From positions 288,001-352,000 of the forward strand of contig CAWAWS010000033.1 in the NCBI GenBank assembly GCA_963785725.1: 64,000 bases of DNA, written 5' to 3'. Under the pieces are notes generated by a model. The model was not told the origin of the DNA, made no database searches, and worked only from the letters and a program-made list of their open reading frames with translations. A program made the translations under genes and the position numbers. This document shows positions 1 through 8,381 of this stretch, piece by piece. The DNA is from an uncultured delta proteobacterium (GTDB taxonomy: Bacteria; Myxococcota_A; Polyangia; Palsa-1104). Within the stretch, counting starts at the first letter, position 1. Every line of letters begins with the position of its first letter.

Positions 1-1
1 G

Positions 2-454
2 CCGCTGGCGACGGTGGAGGCGGATCTCGGCGCCCATCGGACTCGCTATGTCGTGCAGGCGCCGGCTTCGCAGACCATCCTGGCGCGCGCGCGCCGTCGG
101 ACGAAGAGCGCGATCGACAGCATGACGGCGCTGCTCGGCGAGATGGCGAGCGAGCAGCTTCGCCCCGCGCCGGCGCCGGCGCGGACGGCAGCCGGCGGTC
201 CAGGCGCCGGCGAGCCGCTCTCCGACATTCGCGCGATCTATGGCCTGTCCGATCGCCAATTCGCCGTGCTGCAGGAGATCATCGCCGGCTGCGGCAACAA
301 GGAGATCGGCTTTCGGCTCGGTTGCGCCGAGAGCACCGTCGAGCTGCACGTCACCGCGCTCCTGCGCAAAGTGGGCGTGCAGAGTCGCGCGCAGCTGACG
401 GCGAAATACTGGACCGACATGCGCGCGCCGCCGCTGCGACGCATCGAGAGCTAA
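2..454 (+). CDS. LuxR-family HTH transcriptional regulator (probably 5'-truncated by the window edge)
   Basis: C-terminal LSDRQFAVLQEIIAGCGNKEIGFRLGCAESTVELHVTALLRKVGVQSRAQL is a LuxR/GerE HTH pattern; the frame is open to the window start. Confidence 0.85.
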   Translation, partial: PLATVEADLGAHRTRYVVQAPASQTILARARRRTKSAIDSMTALLGEMASEQLRPAPAPARTAAGGPGAGEPLSDIRAIYGLSDRQFAVLQEIIAGCGNKEIGFRLGCAESTVELHVTALLRKVGVQSRAQLTAKYWTDMRAPPLRRIES

Positions 455-475
455 GCGCGCGCGGCGGGAGCCGAC

Positions 476-1718
476 CTACTCCTCGACGTGCTGGAAATAG
501 TGATGATGCTGCAGCACGCGCTCGAACCGGATCGTCGCCGACGCCGAGATGACCTGTCCGAACGACTGATAGGTCGCGATGAAGTCGGGATCGGTCGACG
601 TCTTCTTCAGCAGGAACGACGCCAGGTAGCCGAGGTCGAGGCTGAGCCAGTCGAACTTGAGGCCGACGCCCGCCGAGACGACGACGCGGTTGGAGTCGGG
701 CGCCAGCGGGCCGAGCGTCGCCGTCGGCGCCGGCGACTCGTCGTAACCGGCGCCGAGCCGGATGCGCAGCCGATCTTTCAGGAAGCCGTACTGCGCGCCG
801 CTGCGAAATGACCAGGCCGTGTGATAGTCGAGCGGCACCGTCTGCGACGTGCTCGTGTTCGTCGCCGGCTCGGTCAGCGTCAGCGTCAGCCCCGACAGAT
901 CGCGCCACAACGAGACGTTGACCTGCGCCGAGAGGATGAGCTGCCCGAGGAACGCGGCGGCGCCGACCTGGAAGTTGTGCGGGAACGGCAGGCTGACGGT
1001 GGCGCGCTGCACGCCCGGCGACAGCGCCTGCAGCTCGGGCGGCGTCGTGATCGCGCCGCGGCCGCTGAAGTCCATGTCGATGCGGCTGCGATAGGCGAAG
1101 CCGAGGTTGAGGTAGTGCGGGATGAGCTTGACCAGGACGCCGACGTTGCCGCCGAGGCCGGTCGCGGTGGCGCCGGCGTGCAGGTTGCCTTCGGCGGAGC
1201 CGAGCTGCACGGCGCGATAGGTGTCGAACGAGCCGAGCATGATGTCGAAGCCGACGCCGACGCTGAGCCAGGAGAACGGGCGGATCGCCAGCGTCGGCTG
1301 CAGCGTGAACGTGGTGATGTCGATGAAGTAGCCTTCGAAGCGGCCGCGCCAGCCTTCGGGATACGAGAAGTGCTCGCCGAAGTTGGCGAACCCACCGAAG
1401 CCGAGCGCGATGTACTTGCCGAAGCGCTGGCTCACGTAGATCGTCGGTGCGACGGCGGGATGCCACAGCGTCAGATTGTCGGGCGTGACCTCGGTGCGCG
1501 CGATGATGAGGTTGCCACCGATGAGCGCGCCGAAGCCGGGCTGAAAGCCCAAGCCGGCCGGGTTGTAGTCAGATCGCCGCCGGATCGTTGGCGACGGCGG
1601 CGTGCGCGCCGGCCATGCCGACGCCGGCGGCCGACTGCTCGTCGAGCTCGAAGCCGCCGCCGGCGTGCGCCGCGCGGGCCCATGCGGAAACGACCAACAG
1701 GCAAATGACTTTGCGCAT
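476..1718 (-). CDS. fadL: FadL/OmpP1-type outer-membrane long-chain fatty acid transporter, with a 1-bp frameshift at about 1570
   Basis: N-terminus MRKVICLLVVSAWARAAHAGGGFELDEQSAAGVGMAGA...DPAAI joins YNPAGL...GAGYDESP..LAPDSNR if one base is removed from ATC TGA CTA CAA. Confidence 0.8.
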
Positions 1719-1732
1719 CGACAGCTCCCGCG

Positions 1733-4522
1733 TCATGGCGTGGCCACCGGCAGCGTCGCGCCGCCCGACAAGACATACGTGGTCGCTTGCGTGCGCATCG
1801 ACGGGCTCGGCATCTCGGTGAGCAGCGTCGTGTGCACGGCGTCGGCGAAGAAGGTGGAGACGAAGGTGCCGGCGGCGTTCGCGCCTTGCGCGTTGCCGTT
1901 GGCGTCGACGCCGCTGCCGCCCCAGAGCGACAGCGACAGCGCCGCCTCGTATTGCGGCGGCACCGTGGTGTCCATCCCCGCCTCTTGCACGATGGCCAGC
2001 TTCGGCGTGTTGGTCGCGCCGAGCACGTAGGAGAACGACGGCGCGCGCCGAATCAGCCGCCCGACCGAGAACGGATCGGTCGGATCGAGCACCCAGCGCG
2101 CCGTCTGCACCAGCTGCGCGTAGGCGGCCGTCCCGCGCATGATGCCGAGCTGCTGCAAGAGCTGGTCGATGGCGGGATGAAAGTCACCGTCGGAGAGGAT
2201 CTCGAATAGGTGGCCGCCGCCGACGCTGAGCACGTTGGCGCCGTTGATCGACGGGTCGGTGGCGAGGAAGACGGCGCCGTTGATGGCGCCGAGCGAGTGG
2301 CCGATGAAGCTCAAGTGCGCCGCGTCGATGGTGCCGCCGAGGCTGGCCGTCGTCAGGCGCGCTTGCAAGCTGTTGCCGCCCGTCGCCTTGACGACGCGCA
2401 CGAGCTGGGCCGCGTCGACGACGTATTGGAAGCCGCCGGCCCGCCCGCCGAACAAGTTGGCGGGATCGACGTAGCCGTTGCCCGACGCGGCCGGCTCGCA
2501 GTCGTCGGCCAGGTCGCCCGAGAACGCGGCCAGATCGCAGGCGAGCGGGTTGGTCGTGTTGACGGCGAGGCCGGTCGAGCAGACGCCGGTCGTCGTGTCG
2601 CAGCTCCCGGCCGTGGCGCCGGTACATTGGTCGTCGGCGCTACATTTGGTGCGCGCGCCGTGGAAGTCGATGTCGAAGCCGATGGCGGCGCTGCCGCTCG
2701 CCGCCAGATCGTTGGCGAGGACGAAGACGTCGCCGCGCCACGAGGTCAGGCCGTGCTGCGCGATGACCACGGGCGCGCCGCTCGCGCTCGCCGTCTTGGG
2801 CAGCGTCAGCCAGTAGTGCACCGTCGCCGGCAGCGTCGCCGCCGGCGTGACGGTGAAGCTGTCGGCGGCGGGCACGGTCGGCGTCGTCGCCGACGGCTGA
2901 CGCGTGAAATGCACCAGCCGCGTCGTCGGATCATAGATGAGCTGCGTCGTGAAGGTGCCGAGCACGACCGCTCTGACGTTCCCGAGCAGCGCCTGCAGCG
3001 TCACCGGCAGCGCCGAGAAGTCGGTGTACGCCGTCGCCGTCACGTCGGTCGAGAGCGCCGCCGTCGTGGGAAAGGCGTCGAGCGCCGCCAGCGGGCGCGC
3101 GACCGATTGCGTGGTGAAGGTCCACAGGGCGGCGATCGCGCTCGCCGGCAGTCCCTTCGTCTGCAGCTCGCCGAGCAGCGGCGCCAGCGCCAAGCGCAGC
3201 GTCTCGAGCTGCTGGGCCGAGGCGTCGTCGAGCACGCTCACCGTCGAGTGCGTGCCGTCGAAGAGCGGGTTGGGCTGCAGGAGCAGCGCCGTCGCCGGTG
3301 AAGGCACGAAGGGCACGCCGCTCGCGGTGGCGCTGCGCGTGACCACCGCGGCGTAGCGCGACTGATCGGACATCAGCGGCAGCGTCGGAACCAGCGCCAC
3401 CTGGCCGAAGCTGGGCGCCGCGACGAACACCGGCGTCTCGGCGTCGCCGCTCTGGTCGAGCGAGACGAGGAGCGTCGACAGGCCGGGCACGAGCGACGCG
3501 GCGTCGATGGTCGCGCCCGCCACGACGTCGACGGGCAGCGTGATCGCCGCCGACTCGGAGAAGCCATCGAGCGTGTTGAGCTCCATCTTCAGCGCCGCTT
3601 CGGGATCGCCGGCGGCAATCGGCAGCATCACGTTGCCGGTCGATTGGTCGATGAGGACGTCGTTGGGGAACGGGATCGCGTTCGACGTCGGATCGAACTC
3701 GGCCACCGGCTGCGCGGTGATGGTGAAGGTCCAGAAGAGCACGACGTCGTCGCGGTTGCGGCCGGGCGCCACCACCGGCAAGAGCTGCGTCAGCGCCGCG
3801 TCGAGCATCTCGCGCTGCGGCTCGGCCTGGCGCGCCTGCGCGTCCGAGACCCCCGAGAACGACGAGTGGCAGGTGGTATCGCTGGGGTCGGCGATGGCCG
3901 CGGCCGGACAGGCGCAGGCGGGATTGGTCGCATCGGCGCAGCGCACGAGCAGCGGCGTCGGCGAGAGCAAGATGAAGAACGTCGACGACGCCAGCACCAC
4001 CGCGCCGTTGGCGCCCTTGAGGCCGAGCGGGTCGCCGTTGCCGAACAGGAGCGCGGCGTAGCGATGGCCGCTGGTGAAGCGGCTGCCGTCGACAATGTTG
4101 AGCGTCTTGCCGTCGGTCGACAGGGACGCGGTCAGCCCGGTCGCCAACGTCGAGGTGGTCGTGTCGACGAAGATGATCGAGCCCGGCGCCGTCGCCGTCT
4201 GCACGGTCAGCGAGGTCGGATCGAGCGGCGCCGAGAAGGTGGTGCTCGCCGTCGAGCTGGGCGGGAAGCCGGTGAGCGTGCGCAGGTAGGCGTTGAGCGC
4301 CAGCTGCGCCGCCGACTGACCGGGCTCGTCGGGCACGTTGAGGTGCACGCCGTCGCCGCCGACGAACGCGAGGTCGTTCGGCGTCGGCAACACCGGCGGC
4401 GACGCCAGTGGGTCGTAGAGCGCGACCGAGATGTTGGACGTCCCAGGCGGCGCGGCGATCTTTGGCTGACAGCCGCCCCAGACGACTCCGAGCAAGCCGA
4501 GCGAGAGTGAAGCGACACGCAT
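1733..4522 (-). CDS. Secreted lipoprotein lipase (Pla-1/cef-like alpha/beta hydrolase with duplicated N-terminal domain)
   Basis: Lipobox-like VWGGC; two P(T/F)PND motifs; QHGL oxyanion motif; GHSLG nucleophile elbow; directly upstream of fadL. Confidence 0.75.
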   Translation of the reverse strand: MRVASLSLGLLGVVWGGCQPKIAAPPGTSNISVALYDPLASPPVLPTPNDLAFVGGDGVHLNVPDEPGQSAAQLALNAYLRTLTGFPPSSTASTTFSAPLDPTSLTVQTATAPGSIIFVDTTTSTLATGLTASLSTDGKTLNIVDGSRFTSGHRYAALLFGNGDPLGLKGANGAVVLASSTFFILLSPTPLLVRCADATNPACACPAAAIADPSDTTCHSSFSGVSDAQARQAEPQREMLDAALTQLLPVVAPGRNRDDVVLFWTFTITAQPVAEFDPTSNAIPFPNDVLIDQSTGNVMLPIAAGDPEAALKMELNTLDGFSESAAITLPVDVVAGATIDAASLVPGLSTLLVSLDQSGDAETPVFVAAPSFGQVALVPTLPLMSDQSRYAAVVTRSATASGVPFVPSPATALLLQPNPLFDGTHSTVSVLDDASAQQLETLRLALAPLLGELQTKGLPASAIAALWTFTTQSVARPLAALDAFPTTAALSTDVTATAYTDFSALPVTLQALLGNVRAVVLGTFTTQLIYDPTTRLVHFTRQPSATTPTVPAADSFTVTPAATLPATVHYWLTLPKTASASGAPVVIAQHGLTSWRGDVFVLANDLAASGSAAIGFDIDFHGARTKCSADDQCTGATAGSCDTTTGVCSTGLAVNTTNPLACDLAAFSGDLADDCEPAASGNGYVDPANLFGGRAGGFQYVVDAAQLVRVVKATGGNSLQARLTTASLGGTIDAAHLSFIGHSLGAINGAVFLATDPSINGANVLSVGGGHLFEILSDGDFHPAIDQLLQQLGIMRGTAAYAQLVQTARWVLDPTDPFSVGRLIRRAPSFSYVLGATNTPKLAIVQEAGMDTTVPPQYEAALSLSLWGGSGVDANGNAQGANAAGTFVSTFFADAVHTTLLTEMPSPSMRTQATTYVLSGGATLPVATP

Positions 4523-4649
4523 GGCGATTGTTTCAGCGCCGATTCGTGTACGTCAATCGCGTGACCGATTCGAAACACCAAAGTAAGGGACTTACCCTGC
4601 GGGATTCGCGGTAGCCGAGTCGTGGGTGAAGTCGTGCCGAACCGAGCGG

Positions 4650-5363
4650 TTAGACTTCGACTTTCAGCGTCGGCTTCGTGTTGGGGTAGATCTGCTCGAC
4701 GGCCGGTTCGTCGGGACCGGGCTTTTGCATGGCGAACGCATTGACCGGCTGCGATCGATTGATCCAGAGCGCGTAGTACAGATGATCGGACCGCGGGTCA
4801 TCGGTATTCGGATGCAGCAATATCGTCAACCCGAGACTATTGAGCTGCAGCCACGGCACCAGCACCGGCAGCAAATCGTTGGTGAAGCCGAAATAGAATG
4901 ACGGCGTCACGTGCGGACCGCGCGGCTGCAGATTCCAATTGCCGAGCTCGACCAGGAAGCGCTCCGCGACCCACTTACGAATCAGCGCCGCCTTTTCGTA
5001 GCTGTCTTCGTCGAAGTAGACGTGCGCGTGATAGCTCTCGATGTCGGTGTATTTGCGCGGCCGCGCCGGCAGCTGCTGCTCGCCCGGCCTGACGCTCGGC
5101 GGACGCGGCGTCGGCTCCTTGTACGTCTCGTAGCCCCACGGGCTGCGGCCGGGCGCGTGCGGCGGCGCCACGCGCGTCGCGGCCGCCGCGTTCGATCGAC
5201 CGCTCGGCGCTTCGCCGGCGACGGCGGCCCGCGCAGTCGCCGCGCGCGCCAGCGTCAACGCCGCCAAGCCCGCCGTCACCACCTGCCGGCGACTCGGTCC
5301 CAGCCGATCGGCCCAGGCTTGGTCATCGCCGCTCGGCTCGTCCTCTTGCGATCGTTCACTCAT
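4650..5363 (-). CDS. DOPA 4,5-dioxygenase family protein with a Tat-like signal peptide
   Basis: SYHAHVYF...GPH...LLHPNT...DH motifs; N-terminal SRRQVV, hydrophobic stretch and ARA site; start chosen at the ATG at 5363. Confidence 0.75.
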   Translation of the reverse strand: MSERSQEDEPSGDDQAWADRLGPSRRQVVTAGLAALTLARAATARAAVAGEAPSGRSNAAAATRVAPPHAPGRSPWGYETYKEPTPRPPSVRPGEQQLPARPRKYTDIESYHAHVYFDEDSYEKAALIRKWVAERFLVELGNWNLQPRGPHVTPSFYFGFTNDLLPVLVPWLQLNSLGLTILLHPNTDDPRSDHLYYALWINRSQPVNAFAMQKPGPDEPAVEQIYPNTKPTLKVEV

Positions 5364-5383
5364 CGGCGTTATCGCTGGCGGCG

Positions 5384-5965
5384 CTAGCTGGCGCGGCCGA
5401 CGGCGGTGGCGCGCTCGACCTCGATGAGCCGGCCGCTCTCGACCTGGTAGACGTAGCCGTAGATGGGGATGGCGCGCGGCACCAGCGGATGATTGCGGAT
5501 GCGCTCGACGTCGGTGGTGACGCTCTCGGCCTGCTCGCGGATGGTGAGCCAGTCGATGTAGTCGCCTTGGCGCGAGCCGGGACCGGCGCCGACGTCGCGC
5601 CACTGCTTGCCGTCGTGCTGCGCCGTGTGCAGGCTGGACGCGAGCAGGCCGCGGATGATCTCGTCGCTGAACAGCTCCATGCCGCAGCTCGAGTGATGAA
5701 TGACGAACCACTCCTTCGTGCCCAAGAGCTTGTGCGAGATGACGAGCGAGCGGATGGCGTCGTCGCTGGCGCGGCCGCCGGCGTTGCGGATGACGTGCGC
5801 GTCGCCCTCGGCGAGGCCGGCGTATTTGGCCGGATCGAGGCGCGCGTCCATGCAGGTCAAGATGGCGAAGCCGCGCGCCGGCGGCAGCGCCAGCTTGCCC
5901 TTGTCGCCGAACTCGGACGCGTAGCGCGCGTTGGCCTTCAAGACGTCTTCGCGAATCTGGCTCAT
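5384..5965 (-). CDS. Beta-class carbonic anhydrase (clade D-like)
   Basis: [15 protein letters not shown] and HHSSCGM zinc-ligand motifs; GAGGAG RBS. Confidence 0.92.
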   Translation of the reverse strand: MSQIREDVLKANARYASEFGDKGKLALPPARGFAILTCMDARLDPAKYAGLAEGDAHVIRNAGGRASDDAIRSLVISHKLLGTKEWFVIHHSSCGMELFSDEIIRGLLASSLHTAQHDGKQWRDVGAGPGSRQGDYIDWLTIREQAESVTTDVERIRNHPLVPRAIPIYGYVYQVESGRLIEVERATAVGRAS

Positions 5966-6001
5966 CGATTCCTCCTCGAGCGTGGACGGTTGGCGATCAG
6001 T

Positions 6002-6074
6002 TGGCGGCCCCTTCCGGGATTCGAACCCGGCTCGACGGTTTTGCAGACCACGCCATCCCAGATGGCAAGGAGCC
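6002..6074 (-). tRNA. Atypical tRNA with GCA (Cys) anticodon, G73 discriminator and encoded CCA
   Basis: GGCTCCTT GCCATC TGG GATGGC GTGGT CTGCAAA ACCGT CGAG CCGGG TTCGAAT CCCGG AAGGGGCC G CCA folds into a cloverleaf with a canonical T-arm and anticodon loop. Confidence 0.8.
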
Positions 6075-6086
6075 AGAGTGTCTTCG

Positions 6087-6182
6087 TTACGACTGCGACT
6101 CGTGACGCTGCGCGATCGCCAGCAGCACGAGGTGGAACAACACGATGCCGAAGCCGAGCGTGTAGTCGACGACGCGGCTCAT
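6087..6182 (-). CDS. 31-aa hydrophobic small protein ([31 protein letters not shown])
   Basis: ATGA overlap with the upstream stop; one TM-like segment; GC3-rich codons; below the ORF-track cutoff. Confidence 0.55.
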   Translation of the reverse strand: MSRVVDYTLGFGIVLFHLVLLAIAQRHESQS

Positions 6183-6505
6183 CGGGCGGCGCCCGCCGCC
6201 GCTATCGGCGCGACGTCCATGCCCGCGAGGATCGCCGCCAGTCGCGCCGGGCTGCAGCGTCGATAGAGCACGACCGGCACGCCGTGAGCGCGCGCCGCTC
6301 GCCGCGCGACGTGCACGGCGCCGTGGCTGTTGACGTCGGTGACGACGATGAGAAAGTCGACGCCGCGCGCCAGCAGATCGAGCGTGTTGCTGCCGCGTCC
6401 GCCGATGTGGCCCGAGTGAAAGGCGATCGAGTGCCCGCTACGCTCGGCGATCTCGCGATAGAGCGACTCGGTCCGTTCGACGCCGCCGACAATACCGATT
6501 CGCAT
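6179..6505 (-). CDS. DUF2325-like small Rossmann-fold protein
   Basis: MRIGIVGG...DFLIVVTDVNSHGAV...ARAHGVPVV pattern. Confidence 0.75.
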   Translation of the reverse strand: MRIGIVGGVERTESLYREIAERSGHSIAFHSGHIGGRGSNTLDLLARGVDFLIVVTDVNSHGAVHVARRAARAHGVPVVLYRRCSPARLAAILAGMDVAPIAAAGAAR

Positions 6506-6508
6506 AGA

Positions 6509-6895
6509 TCACCAGTGCCAAACCTGCTCGTAGCCTTCGAGCAGCTCGGCGAACGCGTGCGCGGCGATCGGCGTCGGTCCGTCGATGATCTCGTCGCGGG
6601 CGATGCCGCGCCGTTTCGCGTCATCCTCGACGTAGAACACGCGCACGCCTTTGTCGCCGAGCCGGCGCACGTCGTCGGCGAGCCGCGGCGGCTGCGTTTG
6701 CCGGCGTTCCCCGAAGGCGAGCCCGCTCGCGTCCTGATCGCGCACGACGTAATTGACCGCGTTGCCGCGCAGGAGCACGTCGGTGTCGGCGCCATTGCCG
6801 CGCAGCGACGTCACCAGCCACAAGACCGGATCGTCCTGCTCCTCGAGCGTCGCGCGATAAGCGGTCTCGACGATCTGCAAAATCTTCTTCGACAT
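6509..6895 (-). CDS. DsrE-superfamily protein (DsrH/TusB-like)
   Basis: VLLRGNAV and VFYVEDDAKRRGI motifs; GGAG RBS. Confidence 0.7.
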   Translation of the reverse strand: MSKKILQIVETAYRATLEEQDDPVLWLVTSLRGNGADTDVLLRGNAVNYVVRDQDASGLAFGERRQTQPPRLADDVRRLGDKGVRVFYVEDDAKRRGIARDEIIDGPTPIAAHAFAELLEGYEQVWHW

Positions 6896-6904
6896 GACGG
6901 CTCC

Positions 6905-7318
6905 TTACTTCGTGGGAATGACGAGCGTGTTGACCGAAGCCGCGACGAACTTGGCGAGGTCGGCGGGGCTGCCGCGGCGCGTGCCGGCGACCGCTTCGGC
7001 GACGCCGCGCTCGTCGACGCACAGGCCGCAGTTGACCCAATCGACTGTGACGGCGCGCGTCTCGGCCTCGGCGAGGATGGCGGCGATCCAATCCTTCGTC
7101 GTCGGATGATCTTCGAGGGCGGCGTCGCGGCCGTGCACGGCGTTGGCGTGCGGCGTCTGCTTGACGAACGGCAGCGCCACGGCGCCTTCGTAAGCGAAGA
7201 CGTTGACGTCGAAGCCGCGCTTGACGGCACGATCGATGAGGCGCAGCGCCGTCGTCGTGCGCGCGTTCTCGTAAGGCGGATCATTGAGCACGAACGTCAG
7301 CGATTGCTTGGTCGACAT
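6905..7318 (-). CDS. DsrE/TusD-like sulfur-relay protein with Cys motif
   Basis: LNDPPY, VFAYEGAV and VNCGLCVDERG (Cys aligned with the TusD persulfide Cys region). Confidence 0.8.
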   Translation of the reverse strand: MSTKQSLTFVLNDPPYENARTTTALRLIDRAVKRGFDVNVFAYEGAVALPFVKQTPHANAVHGRDAALEDHPTTKDWIAAILAEAETRAVTVDWVNCGLCVDERGVAEAVAGTRRGSPADLAKFVAASVNTLVIPTK

Positions 7319-7327
7319 CTTGTCCTC

Positions 7328-7654
7328 CTAATGCCAGAGCGTCGTGTGGCCGGCGGCGAGCCGATCGATGACCGCGTCGAGGTCCGCCGGCGTGATGGCG
7401 GACGCCAGCCGTCCGGCGTGGATGCCGCGCTCGCGCAGCGAGAAGTCGTCGGCGAGGATCGCGACGCCGCTCGCGCGCAGCTCGTCGAGCACGCTCGATT
7501 CGGCCTGTGCGCGCGCCGGCAGCACGCCGTTCTGCACGAGGAAGAACGTCACCTCGTGCCGCTTGCGCGCCAGCGTCGCCGCCAGCCGATAGAAGTAATT
7601 GTCGTCGCCGGACTCGAAGGGATCGCGCGATTCGATCAGCAAATACTTGGCCAT
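7328..7654 (-). CDS. DsrE-superfamily protein (DsrF/TusC-like)
   Basis: SRDPF, VTFFLVQNGV and SLRERGI motifs; AGGAGGAG RBS. Confidence 0.75.
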   Translation of the reverse strand: MAKYLLIESRDPFESGDDNYFYRLAATLARKRHEVTFFLVQNGVLPARAQAESSVLDELRASGVAILADDFSLRERGIHAGRLASAITPADLDAVIDRLAAGHTTLWH

Positions 7655-7673
7655 CAGCTCCTCCTACGAAACG

Positions 7674-7707
7674 AAAAAAGCCCGCCGGCGGGTGCGCGCG
7701 GCGGGCT
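7674..7707 (-). terminator. Intrinsic terminator/attenuator upstream of the DsrE operon
   Basis: AGCCCGCCG-N11-CGGCGGGCT followed by a T-run, between the leader ORF and the first gene. Confidence 0.85.
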
Positions 7708-7726
7708 CGGATGCAGCAAATCGCAA

Positions 7727-7804
7727 CTAAGGAACGGCGATCGGCGGCCCGGTGCCCGCACGTGCGCGACAACATCCCGCGCTGTCCATCGCCATCCGTT
7801 TCAT
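7727..7804 (-). CDS. Cys-Cys attenuator leader peptide 1 (MKRMAMDSAGCCRARAGTGPPIAVP)
   Basis: 25 aa with tandem TGT TGT codons; ATG 6 nt after the -10 box (leaderless-like); terminator follows. Confidence 0.75.
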   Translation of the reverse strand: MKRMAMDSAGCCRARAGTGPPIAVP

Positions 7805-7810
7805 AAGACG

Positions 7811-7839
7811 ACTATCCGTTATAACGGACGCGCTGTCAA
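7811..7839 (-). promoter_or_regulatory. Sigma70-type promoter overlapped by the perfect palindrome TCCGTTATAACGGA (7815-7828)
   Basis: TTGACA (7839-7834), 17-bp spacer, GATAGT (7816-7811). Confidence 0.7.
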
Positions 7840-8288
7840 GGGCGTAAATAGCGCCACTTCTTCTCCGGCTTGCCGTGCTTGCCGCGGCGATCGGTCGTCC
7901 AGCCGCTGCAGGCGGACATGTGCTTGAAGACATCGGCGGGATCGGCCAAACGATCGGGCACGATGGGCTCGCTGCACAGCCAGCAGATCGTGACCTCGGC
8001 CGCCTCTTCGGCGACGCGCCTGGGGCCTTTGACGGCGACGCGCAGCACGAGCTTGGCGCGCCGCAAGTGCTCGAGCGCGATCCTCGCCGCGCCGGATTCG
8101 AGCGTGCCCAGCCGAATCTCCTCGGCGACGCGGCGCTCGGTGTCGCGCAACGCGTCCAGCGAGGTCGGCACCTCGGCGCCTTGGCGCGCGACGCCCGCGT
8201 CCTCCGCGACCCGCTCGGCGAGCGGCGCCGATCGTTCCGCCGCGAGCAGTTGCGGCACTCCCAAGCGGCGTTGCTGAAGCATGCCCAT
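7836..8288 (-). CDS. Hypothetical protein with C-terminal C-x2-C...H-x3-C Zn-finger-like motif and basic tail
   Basis: CWLC...FKHMSAC; AGGAG RBS; immediately downstream of attenuator 2. Confidence 0.6.
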   Translation of the reverse strand: MGMLQQRRLGVPQLLAAERSAPLAERVAEDAGVARQGAEVPTSLDALRDTERRVAEEIRLGTLESGAARIALEHLRRAKLVLRVAVKGPRRVAEEAAEVTICWLCSEPIVPDRLADPADVFKHMSACSGWTTDRRGKHGKPEKKWRYLRP

Positions 8289-8321
8289 GACCGTTCTCCT
8301 GACAAAGTCGCAAACGTGCGT

Positions 8322-8363
8322 AAAAGCAAAAAGCCCACCGACCCTCGCGGGCTGGTGGGCTTT
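8322..8363 (-). terminator. Intrinsic terminator/attenuator 2
   Basis: AAAGCCCACC-N14-GGTGGGCTTT followed by TTGCTTTT. Confidence 0.85.
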
Positions 8364-8381
8364 GGACCGCGTTCAGCGTCC

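Noticed and set aside
1560..1580. In-frame TGA in fadL as selenocysteine or Cys read-through linked to the odd tRNA
   Set aside because: The downstream coding sequence is in a different frame, so this is an indel rather than read-through
6002..6074. tRNA as a prophage or island attachment site
   Set aside because: No integrase nearby, I saw no duplicated 3' end, and it sits inside a compact operon
5489..7927. 812-aa plus-strand ORF and similar long antisense ORFs (e.g. 15110-17578, 38235-40433, 41643-43985)
   Set aside because: Shadow ORFs of GC-rich genes on the opposite strand; no recognisable motifs
7727..8338. 203-aa ORF ending in the leader 1 sequence
   Set aside because: It overlaps the 7836-8288 gene out of frame and starts inside a terminator; only the last 25 codons after the promoter are credible
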